Positions 21,162 to 31,871 of a stretch of 64,000 nucleotides of DNA are shown here, one piece after another. Each line of letters opens with the position of its first letter. The first letter of the stretch is position 1. This stretch comes from Bacteriovoracia bacterium (GTDB lineage Bacteria; Bdellovibrionota; UBA1018; JBFWNL01): contig JBFWNL010000009.1 of the NCBI GenBank assembly GCA_050251055.1, forward strand, positions 1-64,000, in the 5' to 3' direction. The translations under genes and the position numbers were made by a program. The notes under the pieces are model-generated. The model saw only the letters and a program-made list of their open reading frames with translations. It ran no database searches and had not been told where the DNA came from.

Positions 21162-21983
21162 ATGCTGTTAAAGAGTCGTTTCTCTACGCCTGAAGTAGAT
21201 TGCCCGTCGGAGGAACAAGCAATCCGAATTGCGCTCCGGGAAAGAACGGATATCCGTAAGATCTCAATTGATTTCACACGGAAAGAAGTTTCCATCATTC
21301 ATGATGATAGAGCAGATGGGCAGGAACAAATCCGTGGAGCGATTCCCTTTCGGGCAGTTCTCTTAGAGTCCAAACCTGTTGACCCGCAGGATGCACTCGA
21401 ATTGGAAAAATCAGACGATGCTTCAGGGGAACGCAAGGTGCTTCTGTGGCTTTTGGGTTTGAATTTTGGGATGTTTCTTGTTGAAGTTTCAATCGGAGTT
21501 AAAGCGCAGTCGTCAGGCCTAGTTGCAGATGGCCTTGATATGCTGGCCGATTCATTAGTCTATTTTCTCAGCTTATTGTCGGTAAGTTTGGGGCTTTCGG
21601 GTCGTGTGAGGGCAACACGACTAAGTGCAGCCCTTCAAGGGTCATTAGGCGTTCTGGCCCTTGGCCAGGCAGTATGGCGCTTTATCTTCGGCAGCGACCC
21701 CGAACCTGCATGGATGACTAGTATTTCGGCACTTGCGCTCGTAGTGAACGTGACTTGTCTTCTACTCATTTCTCGCTTCCGTACTGGCAGAATGCATATG
21801 CAAGCGAGTTGGATTTTTTCAACCAATGACGTCATTGCCAATCTAGCGGTGATCATCGCAGGCCTACTCGTAGCTTGGAGCGGATCTCACTATCCGGACC
21901 TATTTGTAGGTGTAGGTATTTGTGTCTTGGTATTGACTGGCGCAATTAAAATTAATCGGCTTGCACGGTCCACGATAGAATAG
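21162..21983 (+). CDS. cation diffusion facilitator with N-terminal HMA-like domain
   Basis: DCPSEE; LVADGLDMLAD; SWIFSTNDVIAN. Confidence 0.85.
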   Translation: MLLKSRFSTPEVDCPSEEQAIRIALRERTDIRKISIDFTRKEVSIIHDDRADGQEQIRGAIPFRAVLLESKPVDPQDALELEKSDDASGERKVLLWLLGLNFGMFLVEVSIGVKAQSSGLVADGLDMLADSLVYFLSLLSVSLGLSGRVRATRLSAALQGSLGVLALGQAVWRFIFGSDPEPAWMTSISALALVVNVTCLLLISRFRTGRMHMQASWIFSTNDVIANLAVIIAGLLVAWSGSHYPDLFVGVGICVLVLTGAIKINRLARSTIE

Positions 21984-22012
21984 GCTATTTGATCCGGAAA
22001 TGGACGGGCATC

Positions 22013-22174
22013 GGGTATCGCAGCGCTCGCTAATTTTGGTATCTCACTTTTTGAACTCGAGAATTGCGCTTCGGTTCAATACCTAAAGTCGATCGAATCT
22101 AAGTCCCGAGAAGTCTTAAGCATCCAATGGAAACCGATTTCAATCTTTCCAGAAGAGGCGGCTCGATTTCGTTA
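22013..22174 (+). pseudogene. 5'-truncated copy of the 14458-14646 gene
   Basis: Translates GIAALANFGISLFELENCASVQYLKSIESKSREVLSIQWKPISIFPEEAARFR*; no in-frame start. Confidence 0.75.
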
Positions 22175-22233
22175 AAGAAGAGCAAGTACGTCAGTGTATG
22201 CCTGCAGCAAAATTCTGAGGGTGAGGTACTCCG

Positions 22234-23529
22234 CTACTTCCCTCGTGGCTCTAAGGAACTAACACCGGCGGCCTCAGCGATTTCGATCTGGGTGAGGTAG
22301 AAATCCTTACGGAACTCTAGATTTCGGAGTTTTGCGTCAAAAAGCCGCTCAGCTGCTGATGCTACGTCAGGCGAGTTCTTAACGCCCTTTTTATACTCCG
22401 CTAACGTGATCGTATAATACTTGTTTGCGCGTTCAATATTGTTTTCCTCAATATTGAGGCGCTCTTCAATTGACCTCAAGCCTGAAAGTGCGTTTTCGAT
22501 TTGAACTTTGATCTCTTGACGAACTCTGCCCGCAGAAAGTTCATTCTTTGCAATTTCACTTGCCTGAGCTTGCCTAGCATAGACTGTATCTAACCCGGAA
22601 AAAATCGGAATTGAGACCTTCAGCATCACGACTGAGTTGTTGTAGTTGTTAAAAATCCGCTCCTCGCCCGCTAGTTTCCCGTACTTTCCCTCAACATCAA
22701 TCCTAGGAAGATAGCCCCCAAAAAGCGACCTATACTGAAGGCTCGATACAGCAATATTTTTTTCTGACTCCTTAAGGTCGATGCGTTCTTCAAGAGCGAG
22801 CTTTATAAGGCGTTCATCGCTTTGAGTAAACCGTTCGCGGCGAAGGTGCCCACCCACGCGAATGATCGGCCCGTCGTCCCTACCAAGTAGCCGCCTGAGC
22901 TCTCTTTCCTTAGCTGTTTCTTCTCGCCTCAATAAATTGATGTCTGAATTCAGAGTAGCTTCTCGAAGCTCAAACTCCAATACGTCGGCCTGAGAGGTGA
23001 ATCCGGCAGACTTCTTTCTCAATGCTAACTCGTTTTGAGCCTTGTTAGCCTTCAGTGCCTCCTCTTTAACTGCAATTCCCTCCTGCAAATATAAGAGCTC
23101 GTAATACTTTCTCGAAATTTCTCGCTCGATTTGAGATTTCGTTTTTTCCAATTTCAGCTTTTGGAATTTTTCTTCCTCACTACGAATACTGACTTGGGCT
23201 TGATCCTTTCCACCATTGTAGAGATTAATCCGAGCCGCCCCATACCCAAACGAGCCACTTGAACTTTCATTGTCAAACTTTCCGTTTTGATATCCGCCTT
23301 CAACAGCAATTTCCGGAAAATACGGGGAAATTGCCTGCTTTCTAGAGGCGGTGCTTGCTTCATACTCCTTCTCTACCTCTTTGATCTCGATGTTGTTTTT
23401 GAATGCCTCCTCAATCAAGCTGGAGAGAGTCACATTGCCGGCATTCGGATGATCCGCAAGAGCAGGCGACGCTGCCAACGCGGAAATTCCAATCACCATT
23501 AAGGTTTGCAATGTTTTTAATGTTCCCAT
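22234..23529 (-). CDS. TolC family outer membrane efflux protein
   Basis: Signal peptide; YFPEI, NLYNGG, YLPRI, SIPIFSG repeats. Confidence 0.88.
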   Translation of the reverse strand: MGTLKTLQTLMVIGISALAASPALADHPNAGNVTLSSLIEEAFKNNIEIKEVEKEYEASTASRKQAISPYFPEIAVEGGYQNGKFDNESSSGSFGYGAARINLYNGGKDQAQVSIRSEEEKFQKLKLEKTKSQIEREISRKYYELLYLQEGIAVKEEALKANKAQNELALRKKSAGFTSQADVLEFELREATLNSDINLLRREETAKERELRRLLGRDDGPIIRVGGHLRRERFTQSDERLIKLALEERIDLKESEKNIAVSSLQYRSLFGGYLPRIDVEGKYGKLAGEERIFNNYNNSVVMLKVSIPIFSGLDTVYARQAQASEIAKNELSAGRVRQEIKVQIENALSGLRSIEERLNIEENNIERANKYYTITLAEYKKGVKNSPDVASAAERLFDAKLRNLEFRKDFYLTQIEIAEAAGVSSLEPRGK

Positions 23530-23547
23530 AACTCTCTCCGTCCTCTT

Positions 23548-23952
23548 TTAGCCCTGTGGCTCAACTTGGAACTTCAATTTCTCTTTTTTTCCTCTGTAGG
23601 TCACAACGAGATCTAGGCTGTAGCGATAAGCGCCTTTCGCATCGACTTTGGCCGTAAAATGATCATCGCCTTGAGTGAATTTGACGGACTCGGCCTTAGG
23701 CTTTTTTGGAAAAGTCACTGAGCCTGAGAGTGTGATTTCCTTTAAAGGAATTGGAGTGGAATCGTGGGTTAGAGGATAGACTTTAACTCCTCCCGGCTCA
23801 TTCACGAGTTCCATATACAATTGATCCGTTCCCTTCACGACTCCGCCGTGAGGAGCTGCCACTGCTCCGGGGGTTTTGTCATGGCCCTCATGGGCAATGC
23901 TCAATTGAGAAAAACTAGCTGTTACTGCGATAACTGCTAAAAGTCGTTTCAT
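23548..23952 (-). CDS. periplasmic His-rich putative metal-binding protein
   Basis: Signal peptide followed by HEGHDKTPG...APHGG. Confidence 0.7.
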   Translation of the reverse strand: MKRLLAVIAVTASFSQLSIAHEGHDKTPGAVAAPHGGVVKGTDQLYMELVNEPGGVKVYPLTHDSTPIPLKEITLSGSVTFPKKPKAESVKFTQGDDHFTAKVDAKGAYRYSLDLVVTYRGKKEKLKFQVEPQG

Positions 23953-23970
23953 CTTATTTCTCCTTCTTAG

Positions 23971-26900
23971 TTAGTGTTGAGTTGGTTCCAAATGCACTTC
24001 ACTTTGATTCAGTGTGTTTTCAGCCGAGCGTCTTCCGAAATGGAAAAAGACAGTAGGTGTGACAAACATATCGAGTAACGTAGAGCTTAATAAACCCCCT
24101 ACAATCACAACTGCAACCGGATGAAGAATCTCTTTTCCGGGCTCGCCACCTGCAAAAACAAGAGGAAGCAAACCCAGCACGGCCGTCAACGCGGTCATCA
24201 ATACAGGAATGAGCCTCTCGAGAGATCCGCGAATCACCATTTCACGGCTAAACTTCTCCCCTTCGAATTTCATAAGATGCAGGTAATGGGAGATCATCAT
24301 AATTCCGTTGCGGCTTGCGATCCCACAAAGCGTGATAAATGCGACGAGGGTTGCAACAGAAAAGATCCTGTCAGATAGGTAGATAGCGACTAGGCTACCG
24401 ATAAGAGCCATCGGGATATTGAGCATGATCTGAACGGCAATGAACCCCGACTTGAAATGTCCATAAAGAATAAGGAAAATTCCGATCAACGATAAAATCC
24501 CAAGCATCAGGATCAAGCGGGAGGCGGCCTGCTGGCTCTCGAATTGCCCGCCATATTGTAGGAAATACCCATCTGGAAGTTTAACTTTGTCTCCGATCTT
24601 GGATCGTACTTCCTTGATTAAGCTATCTAAGTCTCGACCTTGAGAGTTTGCCGACACGACAATGCGTCTTTGAGCATTCTCGCGATTAATAATGTTGGGC
24701 CCCGTGGATTCGAACACATCAGCAACTTTGTCTAAAGTTACGCGTGTGCCGTCGGGCATAATTTTGAGCGTTGTCTTTTTCATTAACTCTAGATTTGATC
24801 GAGATTGATCATCGAACCGCATAAAGACGTTAAAAATGCGCTGATTATCCAACACTTGAGCCACTACTTCGCCGTTCAGCGCCATTTCAAGTGAATCGGC
24901 TAATTCCCCAAGCACAATTCCGTATTGGGCTGCCTCTTCTCTGAGGAGCTGAATTTTTACTTGAGGAATCAAAACCTGTTGCTCGATCTGAAGATCTACA
25001 AGACCTTCAGTTCCATCCAGGCTCTTAAAGATCTCTGCGGCCTTGGCTCTTAACACGCCAAGATCTGGTCCAAAGACTTTGATGGCGATTTGCGCCCTCA
25101 CGCCTGAAAGCAAATGATCTAGCCGATGTGAGATTGGCTGCCCCACATTCACAAAGATACCGGATACGGTTTCGAGCTTCTTTCTGATCTCTTCCAGGAC
25201 GACTTTACGAGAGCGACCTCCTTCTTTGAAGTCAACATCGATTTCACTGTAGTGAACCCCTTCAGCGTGCTCATCGAGCTCTGCACGTCCCGTTCGTCGT
25301 GCCACAGACTTTACTTCGGGTACTTCCAGCAACAATTTTTCGACCGAATTGCCGATTTTGTTCGATTCTTCGAGAGAGATCCCGGGCTGAGCGATTGTAT
25401 TTATAGTTGCGGTTCCCTCGTTGAATTGAGGCAAGAACTCCTTTCCCATCGCGGGGATCAAAAGCAAAGATCCCGCTAGAAGTGCCCCACTGACGCCAAG
25501 AACCAATTTTGGATGATCAAGAGATTTTTCAAGAACTCTCCGATCGATGCGCTTTAGCCAAGAAGCAAGGCGGCCGTCTTCGTGTTCCTTGAGTTTTCCT
25601 TTACCCAAAAGATATGAACAAAGAACCGGCGTAACCGTGAGTGAAACAACAAGAGAGGCGATCAAGGAAACGATATAGGCAATGCCAAGCGGAATGAACA
25701 ATCGGCCCTCAATACCGCTCAAATAGAAAAGTGGAACAAACACAAGCACCACAATGATGGTGGCAAAAACGATCGAGTTTCTCACCTCGGAGGAGGCGTT
25801 ATAGACTACCTGGAGGGTAGAAAGCGGATTCGCTAGTTTCTTGTTTTCCCTGAGCCGCCTGAAAACATTCTCAACATCGACAATCGCGTCATCCACCAGC
25901 TCACCAATTGCCACGGCGACACCACCCAGGGTCATGGTGTTCACGCTGATTCCAAAAAATTTTAGGATAATTGCTGTTGAAATGAGAGAAAGCGGAATCG
26001 CGGTGAGCGTAATGGCGGTGGTCCGAAGATTTACCAAGAACAAAAATAACACGATAAAGACGAGGATTGTTCCATCGCGTAATGCCTCTTTGACGTTATC
26101 TATCGCGGCATCAATGAAATGGGCTTGCTTGAAGAGTTCCCTTTCAAGTTTAACTCCGGTGGGAAACGTCTTTTCTAGTTCGCTGAGAGCACTGTCTACT
26201 TTTTGAGTCAGTTCGATCGTATTTGTGCCGGGCTGTTTTTGAATGCTCAATATTACGGACGGTTTTCCATTTACGCTTCCGTCGCCCCGTTTTATCTGGG
26301 CACCCGTTTTTACCTCTGCAATATCCTTGATGAGTACCGCATTTCCAAGATGCAAGCCGACCACCGAGTTCAGAATGTCCTCTTCGGATTTCACCTGTCC
26401 GATGTTTCGAATTAGAAACTCTTTCCTATCTAAATCGATGTATCCACCCGTGGTATTACGACTAATCTTTGAAAGAGATTTTTCGATATCGTCGAGCGAA
26501 AGGCGGTATTTTTGGATTTTCTCTGCCGATAGTAGGATCTGAAATTGCCTGACCCCACCGCCAATGGAAATTACTTGAGCTACTCCGGGAACGCTCAGCA
26601 AACGTGGCCGTATGTTCCAATCCGCGATCGTCCGAAGCTCAAGGGGGGAGATCTCCGCATTTTCAGACGATAATCCCACAAGCTGTATTTCGCCCATGAT
26701 CGAAGCGATTGGCCCCATGACAGGCGTAACACCTTCGGGGAGCTTCTCTTTCGCAAGTGAGAGTTTCTCAGCAACAAGCTGACGATTGCGATAGATGTCT
26801 GTGTCCCAGCCAAACTCTACATAGACCACCGACAAACCGATTCCAGTGGACGACCGCACTCGCTCCACCCCAGGCAGACCGTTGAGAACGGTTTCAAGTG

Positions 26901-27102
26901 GAAGCGTGACTAGTGTTTCAACTTCCTCGGGCGCCATGCCCGGTGCCTCGGTCATGATGTTCACGGTCGGCCGGTTTAGATCGGGGAAAACATCAACCGG
27001 CATGTCTTTAACTACAAACAACCCATAAGCGGTGAGCAGAATAGCGCCCGACAGGACAAGCAATCGATGAGTAAGCGAAAACCGGATGATGTAATCTAAC
27101 AT
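23971..27102 (-). CDS. CusA/CzcA-family heavy-metal RND permease
   Basis: DVFPDLNRPTV, AIGELVDDAIVDVEN, ELDEHAEGVH, ERLIPVLMTA. Confidence 0.93.
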   Translation of the reverse strand: MLDYIIRFSLTHRLLVLSGAILLTAYGLFVVKDMPVDVFPDLNRPTVNIMTEAPGMAPEEVETLVTLPLETVLNGLPGVERVRSSTGIGLSVVYVEFGWDTDIYRNRQLVAEKLSLAKEKLPEGVTPVMGPIASIMGEIQLVGLSSENAEISPLELRTIADWNIRPRLLSVPGVAQVISIGGGVRQFQILLSAEKIQKYRLSLDDIEKSLSKISRNTTGGYIDLDRKEFLIRNIGQVKSEEDILNSVVGLHLGNAVLIKDIAEVKTGAQIKRGDGSVNGKPSVILSIQKQPGTNTIELTQKVDSALSELEKTFPTGVKLERELFKQAHFIDAAIDNVKEALRDGTILVFIVLFLFLVNLRTTAITLTAIPLSLISTAIILKFFGISVNTMTLGGVAVAIGELVDDAIVDVENVFRRLRENKKLANPLSTLQVVYNASSEVRNSIVFATIIVVLVFVPLFYLSGIEGRLFIPLGIAYIVSLIASLVVSLTVTPVLCSYLLGKGKLKEHEDGRLASWLKRIDRRVLEKSLDHPKLVLGVSGALLAGSLLLIPAMGKEFLPQFNEGTATINTIAQPGISLEESNKIGNSVEKLLLEVPEVKSVARRTGRAELDEHAEGVHYSEIDVDFKEGGRSRKVVLEEIRKKLETVSGIFVNVGQPISHRLDHLLSGVRAQIAIKVFGPDLGVLRAKAAEIFKSLDGTEGLVDLQIEQQVLIPQVKIQLLREEAAQYGIVLGELADSLEMALNGEVVAQVLDNQRIFNVFMRFDDQSRSNLELMKKTTLKIMPDGTRVTLDKVADVFESTGPNIINRENAQRRIVVSANSQGRDLDSLIKEVRSKIGDKVKLPDGYFLQYGGQFESQQAASRLILMLGILSLIGIFLILYGHFKSGFIAVQIMLNIPMALIGSLVAIYLSDRIFSVATLVAFITLCGIASRNGIMMISHYLHLMKFEGEKFSREMVIRGSLERLIPVLMTALTAVLGLLPLVFAGGEPGKEILHPVAVVIVGGLLSSTLLDMFVTPTVFFHFGRRSAENTLNQSEVHLEPTQH

Positions 27103-27129
27103 TTGAGCCCCTTATTCGCCCTTCCGCTG

Positions 27130-27543
27130 CTAGTGAGTTACCAACTTGAGAGGAAATGCATACTTTGCAGGGCCGCCAACCGCTCCGTCTCGCCGAGCAA
27201 TAAGTGAGACTTCTTTTGCTGAGCTCAGCGATTTACCTTTAGGGAGACTGCACACGAAATGGGTATCACTCGGCTTACATGATGCCGCCGCAGTTTCACC
27301 CTTCAGCTGGATAGTGGCGTCGAGCGAAGAATTTTTGATCGTTGGGTTTTGCCAGTGAATATCTAAGAGATAGACCTTAAACGTCTGATCGCTCGCCTGA
27401 ACGAGTTCTGTGTGGAAGGCTCCCGGCATTCGAATATAACCCCCATTCGGGCCGTATTTGTCCTCCCCGTGGCCAAAAGCAGTGGCTGAAGTTTGGAGCA
27501 TCAATGCCCAAATGAATGCCGATTTAAGAGAAAAACTGGTCAT
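27130..27543 (-). CDS. periplasmic putative metal-binding protein
   Basis: Signal peptide followed by HGEDKYGPNGG...AFHTEL; resembles 23548-23952. Confidence 0.7.
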   Translation of the reverse strand: MTSFSLKSAFIWALMLQTSATAFGHGEDKYGPNGGYIRMPGAFHTELVQASDQTFKVYLLDIHWQNPTIKNSSLDATIQLKGETAAASCKPSDTHFVCSLPKGKSLSSAKEVSLIARRDGAVGGPAKYAFPLKLVTH

Positions 27544-27602
27544 ATTTCACGTCCTCCTAATGATGGGTACGTTTGAATGGCTTATCTTGTGACAACCCAT
27601 CC

Positions 27603-29966
27603 TTAATAAAGTTTTGTTACTTTGAGCCTCAGCGCATTTCCGATGACAGATACGGAGCTCAAGCTCATGGCAGCGCTAGCCACCATAGGGCTCAAGAGCA
27701 GGCCGAATACCGGGAAGAGGACGCCAGCCGCCAGTGGCACTCCGAGCGCGTTATAGACAAAAGCGAAGAACAGATTTTGGCGAATGTTCTTCATCGTGGC
27801 GTGGCTTAAATTTCTCGCTCGAACCACTCCCCGAAGATCGCCTCGGACAAGCGTGATTCCCGCACTTTCGATTGCGACATCAGTTCCAGTACCCATCGCA
27901 ATTCCTACTTCGGCTTGCGCAAGAGCGGGAGCGTCGTTCACACCATCTCCAGCCATGGCAACTTTCAGCCCCTGAGATTGAAGTTTCTCGATCACTTCTC
28001 TTTTCTGGTGAGGAAGAACTCCGGCATGGATCTCATCGATGCCGAGTTTTGAGCCCACGGCTTTTGCCGTATCGAGGTGATCGCCGGTAAGCATCACGAG
28101 CCGGAGCCCCATTTGCCTGAGACGCTCGATAGCCTCTTTGGCGCCTTCTTTGATCGGATCGGCCACTCCTAAAACGCCTGCCGGCTGATGGTCGATCGCA
28201 ACAAAGACGGCTGTCTGTCCATCCACCCGTAGCGCATTAGCTTGTTTCGTAAGCTCACTTGCGTCGATGCCATGAGCTTCAAGCAGTTTTTGGTTACCAA
28301 CAAAAACTTTTTTTCCAGCGACTTTCCCGAGGGCTCCTTGACCCGTTACGGATTCAAAATTCGTAGCCGGGAAAAAAGAAGAGATGCCGCGTTTTTTTGC
28401 TCCATGAATGATTGCGGATGCAAGCGGATGTTCGCTTCCGGCCTCAAGACTAGCAGCGAGAGTGAGTACTTCATTTTCCTGAAAACTACTAGTTGCCGTA
28501 AAAGATACGAGCTCAGGCTTGCCCGCTGTTAGGGTACCCGTCTTATCGAGCACCAGCGTGTCCACTTTTTCAAGTCGTTCGAGCGCTTCGGCGTTTCGGA
28601 TTAAAACCCCGGACTGAGCACCGCGCCCCGTGCCCACCATTACGGACATGGGGGTCGCAAGGCCTAAAGCGCACGGACAAGCAATAATGAGAACCGAAAC
28701 AGCGTTCACTAAGGCATACGCATAAGCCGGTTCGGGCCCAAAAAAAGCCCAGATTACGGCAGAGACAATGGCCGTTAGGACGACAGCAGGTACAAAATAA
28801 GAAGACACTCGATCCGCTAAGCTTTGAATGGGAGCGCGACTTCGCTGGGCCTCATTCACCATCTTTACGATTTGCGCAAGCAGCGTATCTTTTCCAACGC
28901 TCTTCGCCTCCAAGATGAAAGTGCCGGTTTGATTCGTCGTTCCTGCTGAAACCGAGTTACCCTCGGTTTTCTCCACCGGAATCGATTCGCCAGTAAGCAT
29001 GGATTCATCAACAGAACTCTTGCCTGAAAGCACAACGCCATCGACAGGAATCTGCTCGCCAGGACGTACACGAATCTGATCACCCAAGAGAACGTGATTT
29101 AGATCCACGTCTTCTTCGGTGCCACTTTTCCTGATCACTCGCGCGGTTTTAGGAGCAAGTTTAAGAAGGGATTTGATGGCGGAACTCGTTTGTCCTCGCG
29201 CTTTAAGCTCTAGGACTTGACCAAGAAGTACGAGTGTGACGATTACGGCCGCGGCTTCAAAATAGACACCGACGTGCCCTCCGTGACTACGAAACGCCTC
29301 GGGAAAAATCCCGGGAGAAATTGTAGCAAGTACACTGTATAAAAACGCGACTCCCGTTCCTAACGCGATCAGTGTAAACATGTTGAGGTTGCGCGTCTTA
29401 AACGAGAACCATCCACGATGGAAAAACGGGTAGCCCGCCCAAAGAACAACGGGCGAAGCTAGGGCAAGTTGAAACCAATTCATAAAGCTTCCGGTGAACC
29501 AGCTTTGTGCACCAAAAAGCATTTCACTCATCGCAAGTGCCAAAAGCGGGAGCGTAAATACAATTGACCATTTTAGGCGGCGGCTGAAATCCAAGAGTTC
29601 CGGATTCGGGTGATCTTCCTCCGAAGAAACTTCTAAAGGCTCGAGCGCCATTCCGCAAATGGGACAAGCTCCTGGCCCCACTTGCTTGATTTCGGGATGC
29701 ATCGGACAAGTATAGAGCGCGCCTTCTACAGCCTTTGGCGTGTGGGCACCTTCATCTTTCTTAAGGAAATGCGCCGGGTCTTTCTTGAACTTTTCTAAGC
29801 AATGCCGGGAGCAAAAATAATAAGTCTCTCCGCCAAAGACGAAAGAACCAGCCGATTCGTTAGGATCTACGTCCATTCCGCAGACGGGATCTTTAGGTAA
29901 CTGAAGCTGGGCCGTAGGCTTTGAATGAGCTTGATGACCGGTGTGCGAGCAGCAAGATGAATTCAC
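27603..29966 (-). CDS. copA: copper-translocating P1B-type ATPase with YHS and heavy-metal-binding domains
   Basis: DPVCGM/YYFCS, YTCPMHP..CPICGM, TGES, CPC, DKTGT, HP, GDGVND, YN and MSLSS motifs. Confidence 0.95.
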   Translation of the reverse strand: MNSSCCSHTGHQAHSKPTAQLQLPKDPVCGMDVDPNESAGSFVFGGETYYFCSRHCLEKFKKDPAHFLKKDEGAHTPKAVEGALYTCPMHPEIKQVGPGACPICGMALEPLEVSSEEDHPNPELLDFSRRLKWSIVFTLPLLALAMSEMLFGAQSWFTGSFMNWFQLALASPVVLWAGYPFFHRGWFSFKTRNLNMFTLIALGTGVAFLYSVLATISPGIFPEAFRSHGGHVGVYFEAAAVIVTLVLLGQVLELKARGQTSSAIKSLLKLAPKTARVIRKSGTEEDVDLNHVLLGDQIRVRPGEQIPVDGVVLSGKSSVDESMLTGESIPVEKTEGNSVSAGTTNQTGTFILEAKSVGKDTLLAQIVKMVNEAQRSRAPIQSLADRVSSYFVPAVVLTAIVSAVIWAFFGPEPAYAYALVNAVSVLIIACPCALGLATPMSVMVGTGRGAQSGVLIRNAEALERLEKVDTLVLDKTGTLTAGKPELVSFTATSSFQENEVLTLAASLEAGSEHPLASAIIHGAKKRGISSFFPATNFESVTGQGALGKVAGKKVFVGNQKLLEAHGIDASELTKQANALRVDGQTAVFVAIDHQPAGVLGVADPIKEGAKEAIERLRQMGLRLVMLTGDHLDTAKAVGSKLGIDEIHAGVLPHQKREVIEKLQSQGLKVAMAGDGVNDAPALAQAEVGIAMGTGTDVAIESAGITLVRGDLRGVVRARNLSHATMKNIRQNLFFAFVYNALGVPLAAGVLFPVFGLLLSPMVASAAMSLSSVSVIGNALRLKVTKLY

Positions 29967-29982
29967 AAAAACTCCTTAAAAT

Positions 29983-30117
29983 CTAAAGCGACGTTCTTCG
30001 AGACAAGAGCTCTGAAAGCTCCGCAATTTTTGCCTCAATTTGTTTCTTATCCTTTGTCAGCATGGCCGTGCGTACGCAGTGCTGCAAATGACTCTCAAAG
30101 ATAGAAACTTCAATGTT
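29983..30117 (-). pseudogene. C-terminal half of a CsoR-family repressor, truncated by IS3
   Basis: NIEVSIFESHLQHCVRTAMLTKDKKQIEAKIAELSELLSRRTSL* abutting the IS end. Confidence 0.8.
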
Positions 30118-30169
30118 TTGACCATCCCCCTTCTTCCAAGCCAGTTCGAAGCTCAAAAGTCGGGTTTAT

Positions 30170-31021
30170 TTAAGCACTCTGTTTAACTAGATTCTGTCGC
30201 CTTTCGTATTCAGTAGGCGTCAGTCCATTCAAACTCGAATGCGGTCTTATTGTTTCATACTCTCTCTTCCACTGCGAAATGAAAAGTCTAGCGTGCTCCA
30301 AGTTCTCAAATAAATTTTGATCCAAACACTCCTCCCGAAATCTTCCGTTAAAGCTTTCAATGAACCCGTTCTGGTGAGGCTTGCCGGGCTCGATAAAATG
30401 CAACCGCACGTGATTCTTCGATGCCCAAACGTGCAACGCCTTTGATCGAAATTCCGGCCCGTTATCCACGATGATCGTCGCGGGTTTTCTGCCGTCGCGC
30501 CGAAACCCCTCGAGAATTTTCACGAGGTGATGCGCTCGAATCGAGTGATCCGCATGGATTGCGGGCGGTCGGCGGCTAGCGATATCCAGCACCGTCAGAA
30601 TCTTCAGCTTCTGATCATTCGCCAGCGAGTCATGGATAAAATCCATCGCCCAAACATCGTCTCGCCTCATCGCTTGCGGGAGCGCCAGCCTCAGCTGCCG
30701 ATACTTCTTTCTAGATTTCTTTTTCCGTAAAGAAAGCCCTTCTTGGCCATAAATCCGCTCCACTCGCTTGTGATTGATTAGTACGGGGGCCCATTCGGTC
30801 TTGATCATGTCGTGAAACATCGGACACCCATAAACCGGATAACGTGCGGCTAACTCCCTCAGCCGGATGCGCAGCTTCTCATTGCGATCGGGCTTAGCTT
30901 CGTACCACCAAGTGAACCGATTCAGTCCGAAGTACCGACAGGCCTGTCTGTGCGCGAGTTGGAATTTTCCGATCGCGGCAATTGCCAAACGCTTGCGCTC
31001 AGCAGGCCTAACTACTTTTTT
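30170..31021 (-). CDS. IS3 transposase OrfB (DDE), expressed via -1 frameshift
   Basis: [29 protein letters not shown]; A6G slippery site at 31015-31021. Confidence 0.9.
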   Translation of the reverse strand, partial: KKVVRPAERKRLAIAAIGKFQLAHRQACRYFGLNRFTWWYEAKPDRNEKLRIRLRELAARYPVYGCPMFHDMIKTEWAPVLINHKRVERIYGQEGLSLRKKKSRKKYRQLRLALPQAMRRDDVWAMDFIHDSLANDQKLKILTVLDIASRRPPAIHADHSIRAHHLVKILEGFRRDGRKPATIIVDNGPEFRSKALHVWASKNHVRLHFIEPGKPHQNGFIESFNGRFREECLDQNLFENLEHARLFISQWKREYETIRPHSSLNGLTPTEYERRQNLVKQSA

Positions 31022-31275
31022 CCGAGCGCGTCCTTCAATACCAGGATATTGAGCGACTGGTCCGCGACCAACGCCTTGAGTCTCGCATTCTCTTGTTCGA
31101 GCTGCTTGAGCCGCTTGGCATCGTCCACGCTCATCCCACGAAACTTCTTGCGCCACTTATAAAACGTGTAACTCGATACCTTGTGATCCCGGCAAATGTC
31201 CGCCACGCTCTTGCCTTGATTGGCCTCATTTAAAATCGCGACGATTTGCTCCTCGCTAAATCTTCCCTTTTTCAT
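31012..31275 (-). CDS. IS3 transposase OrfA
   Basis: [12 protein letters not shown]...TFYKWRKKF...LEQENARLK. Confidence 0.9.
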   Translation of the reverse strand: MKKGRFSEEQIVAILNEANQGKSVADICRDHKVSSYTFYKWRKKFRGMSVDDAKRLKQLEQENARLKALVADQSLNILVLKDALGKK

Positions 31276-31368
31276 GCTCAACTCCACCCTTCTGCCACCT
31301 GTTCTTGTGGCGCGTTATACCCGGGCTTCTTGAGCTTTTAAATGGCTAGGTTTTTGGGGGGATGGTCA

Positions 31369-31800
31369 GTTGGTGTCACGAAAAACTTTGAACTCAGGCC
31401 CGATATACTCGTTCACTTTCCCAAAAGTAGTAATCGGAAACCCATCACTGTTGGCGTCGAGATTGAAAAAACAAAGAAAATAAGACGCCGGTTGTTTCAT
31501 AAACTCCGCAAACTTGTGAAGACGACTCAGCTTTCCGGCGTAATTTATCTCTGCGCTTCAGACACTATCGCCGATGCCGTAGCTAGTACGTTTAGAGAAG
31601 TAAAGCCTAATGCAATACGAATTCGGCATTACGATAGTTTGTTTCTCCTGTTCGGAGAAATCACTCCTCCTGTCAAAGACACTCTTCCAAAGTTGTTCAA
31701 CGTTGAGATGGAAAAAGTATCCATTGAAGACTGGTTACGCTTTTTGTCTCCATCTCAAACAACTCCACATGAACCGAGCTCCATACAGGGACCTTCGTGA
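31369..31800 (+). pseudogene. 5'-truncated replication-relaxation (PD-(D/E)xK)-like protein
   Basis: LRPDILV...VGVEIEKTKK motif starting right at the IS boundary. Confidence 0.6.
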
Positions 31801-31871
31801 TGACGAAGGTCATTTTGTTTGGGGACCAAATTCGAAAAACCGAAGTTTACGAATCATTTTAACAAGTAAGA

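Larger units (their letters stand above)
30119..31368 (-). mobile_element. complete IS3-family insertion sequence (1250 bp)
   Basis: Terminal IRs TGACCATCCCCC...GGGGGATGGTCA; orfA/orfB arrangement; no clean target duplication. Confidence 0.92.
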
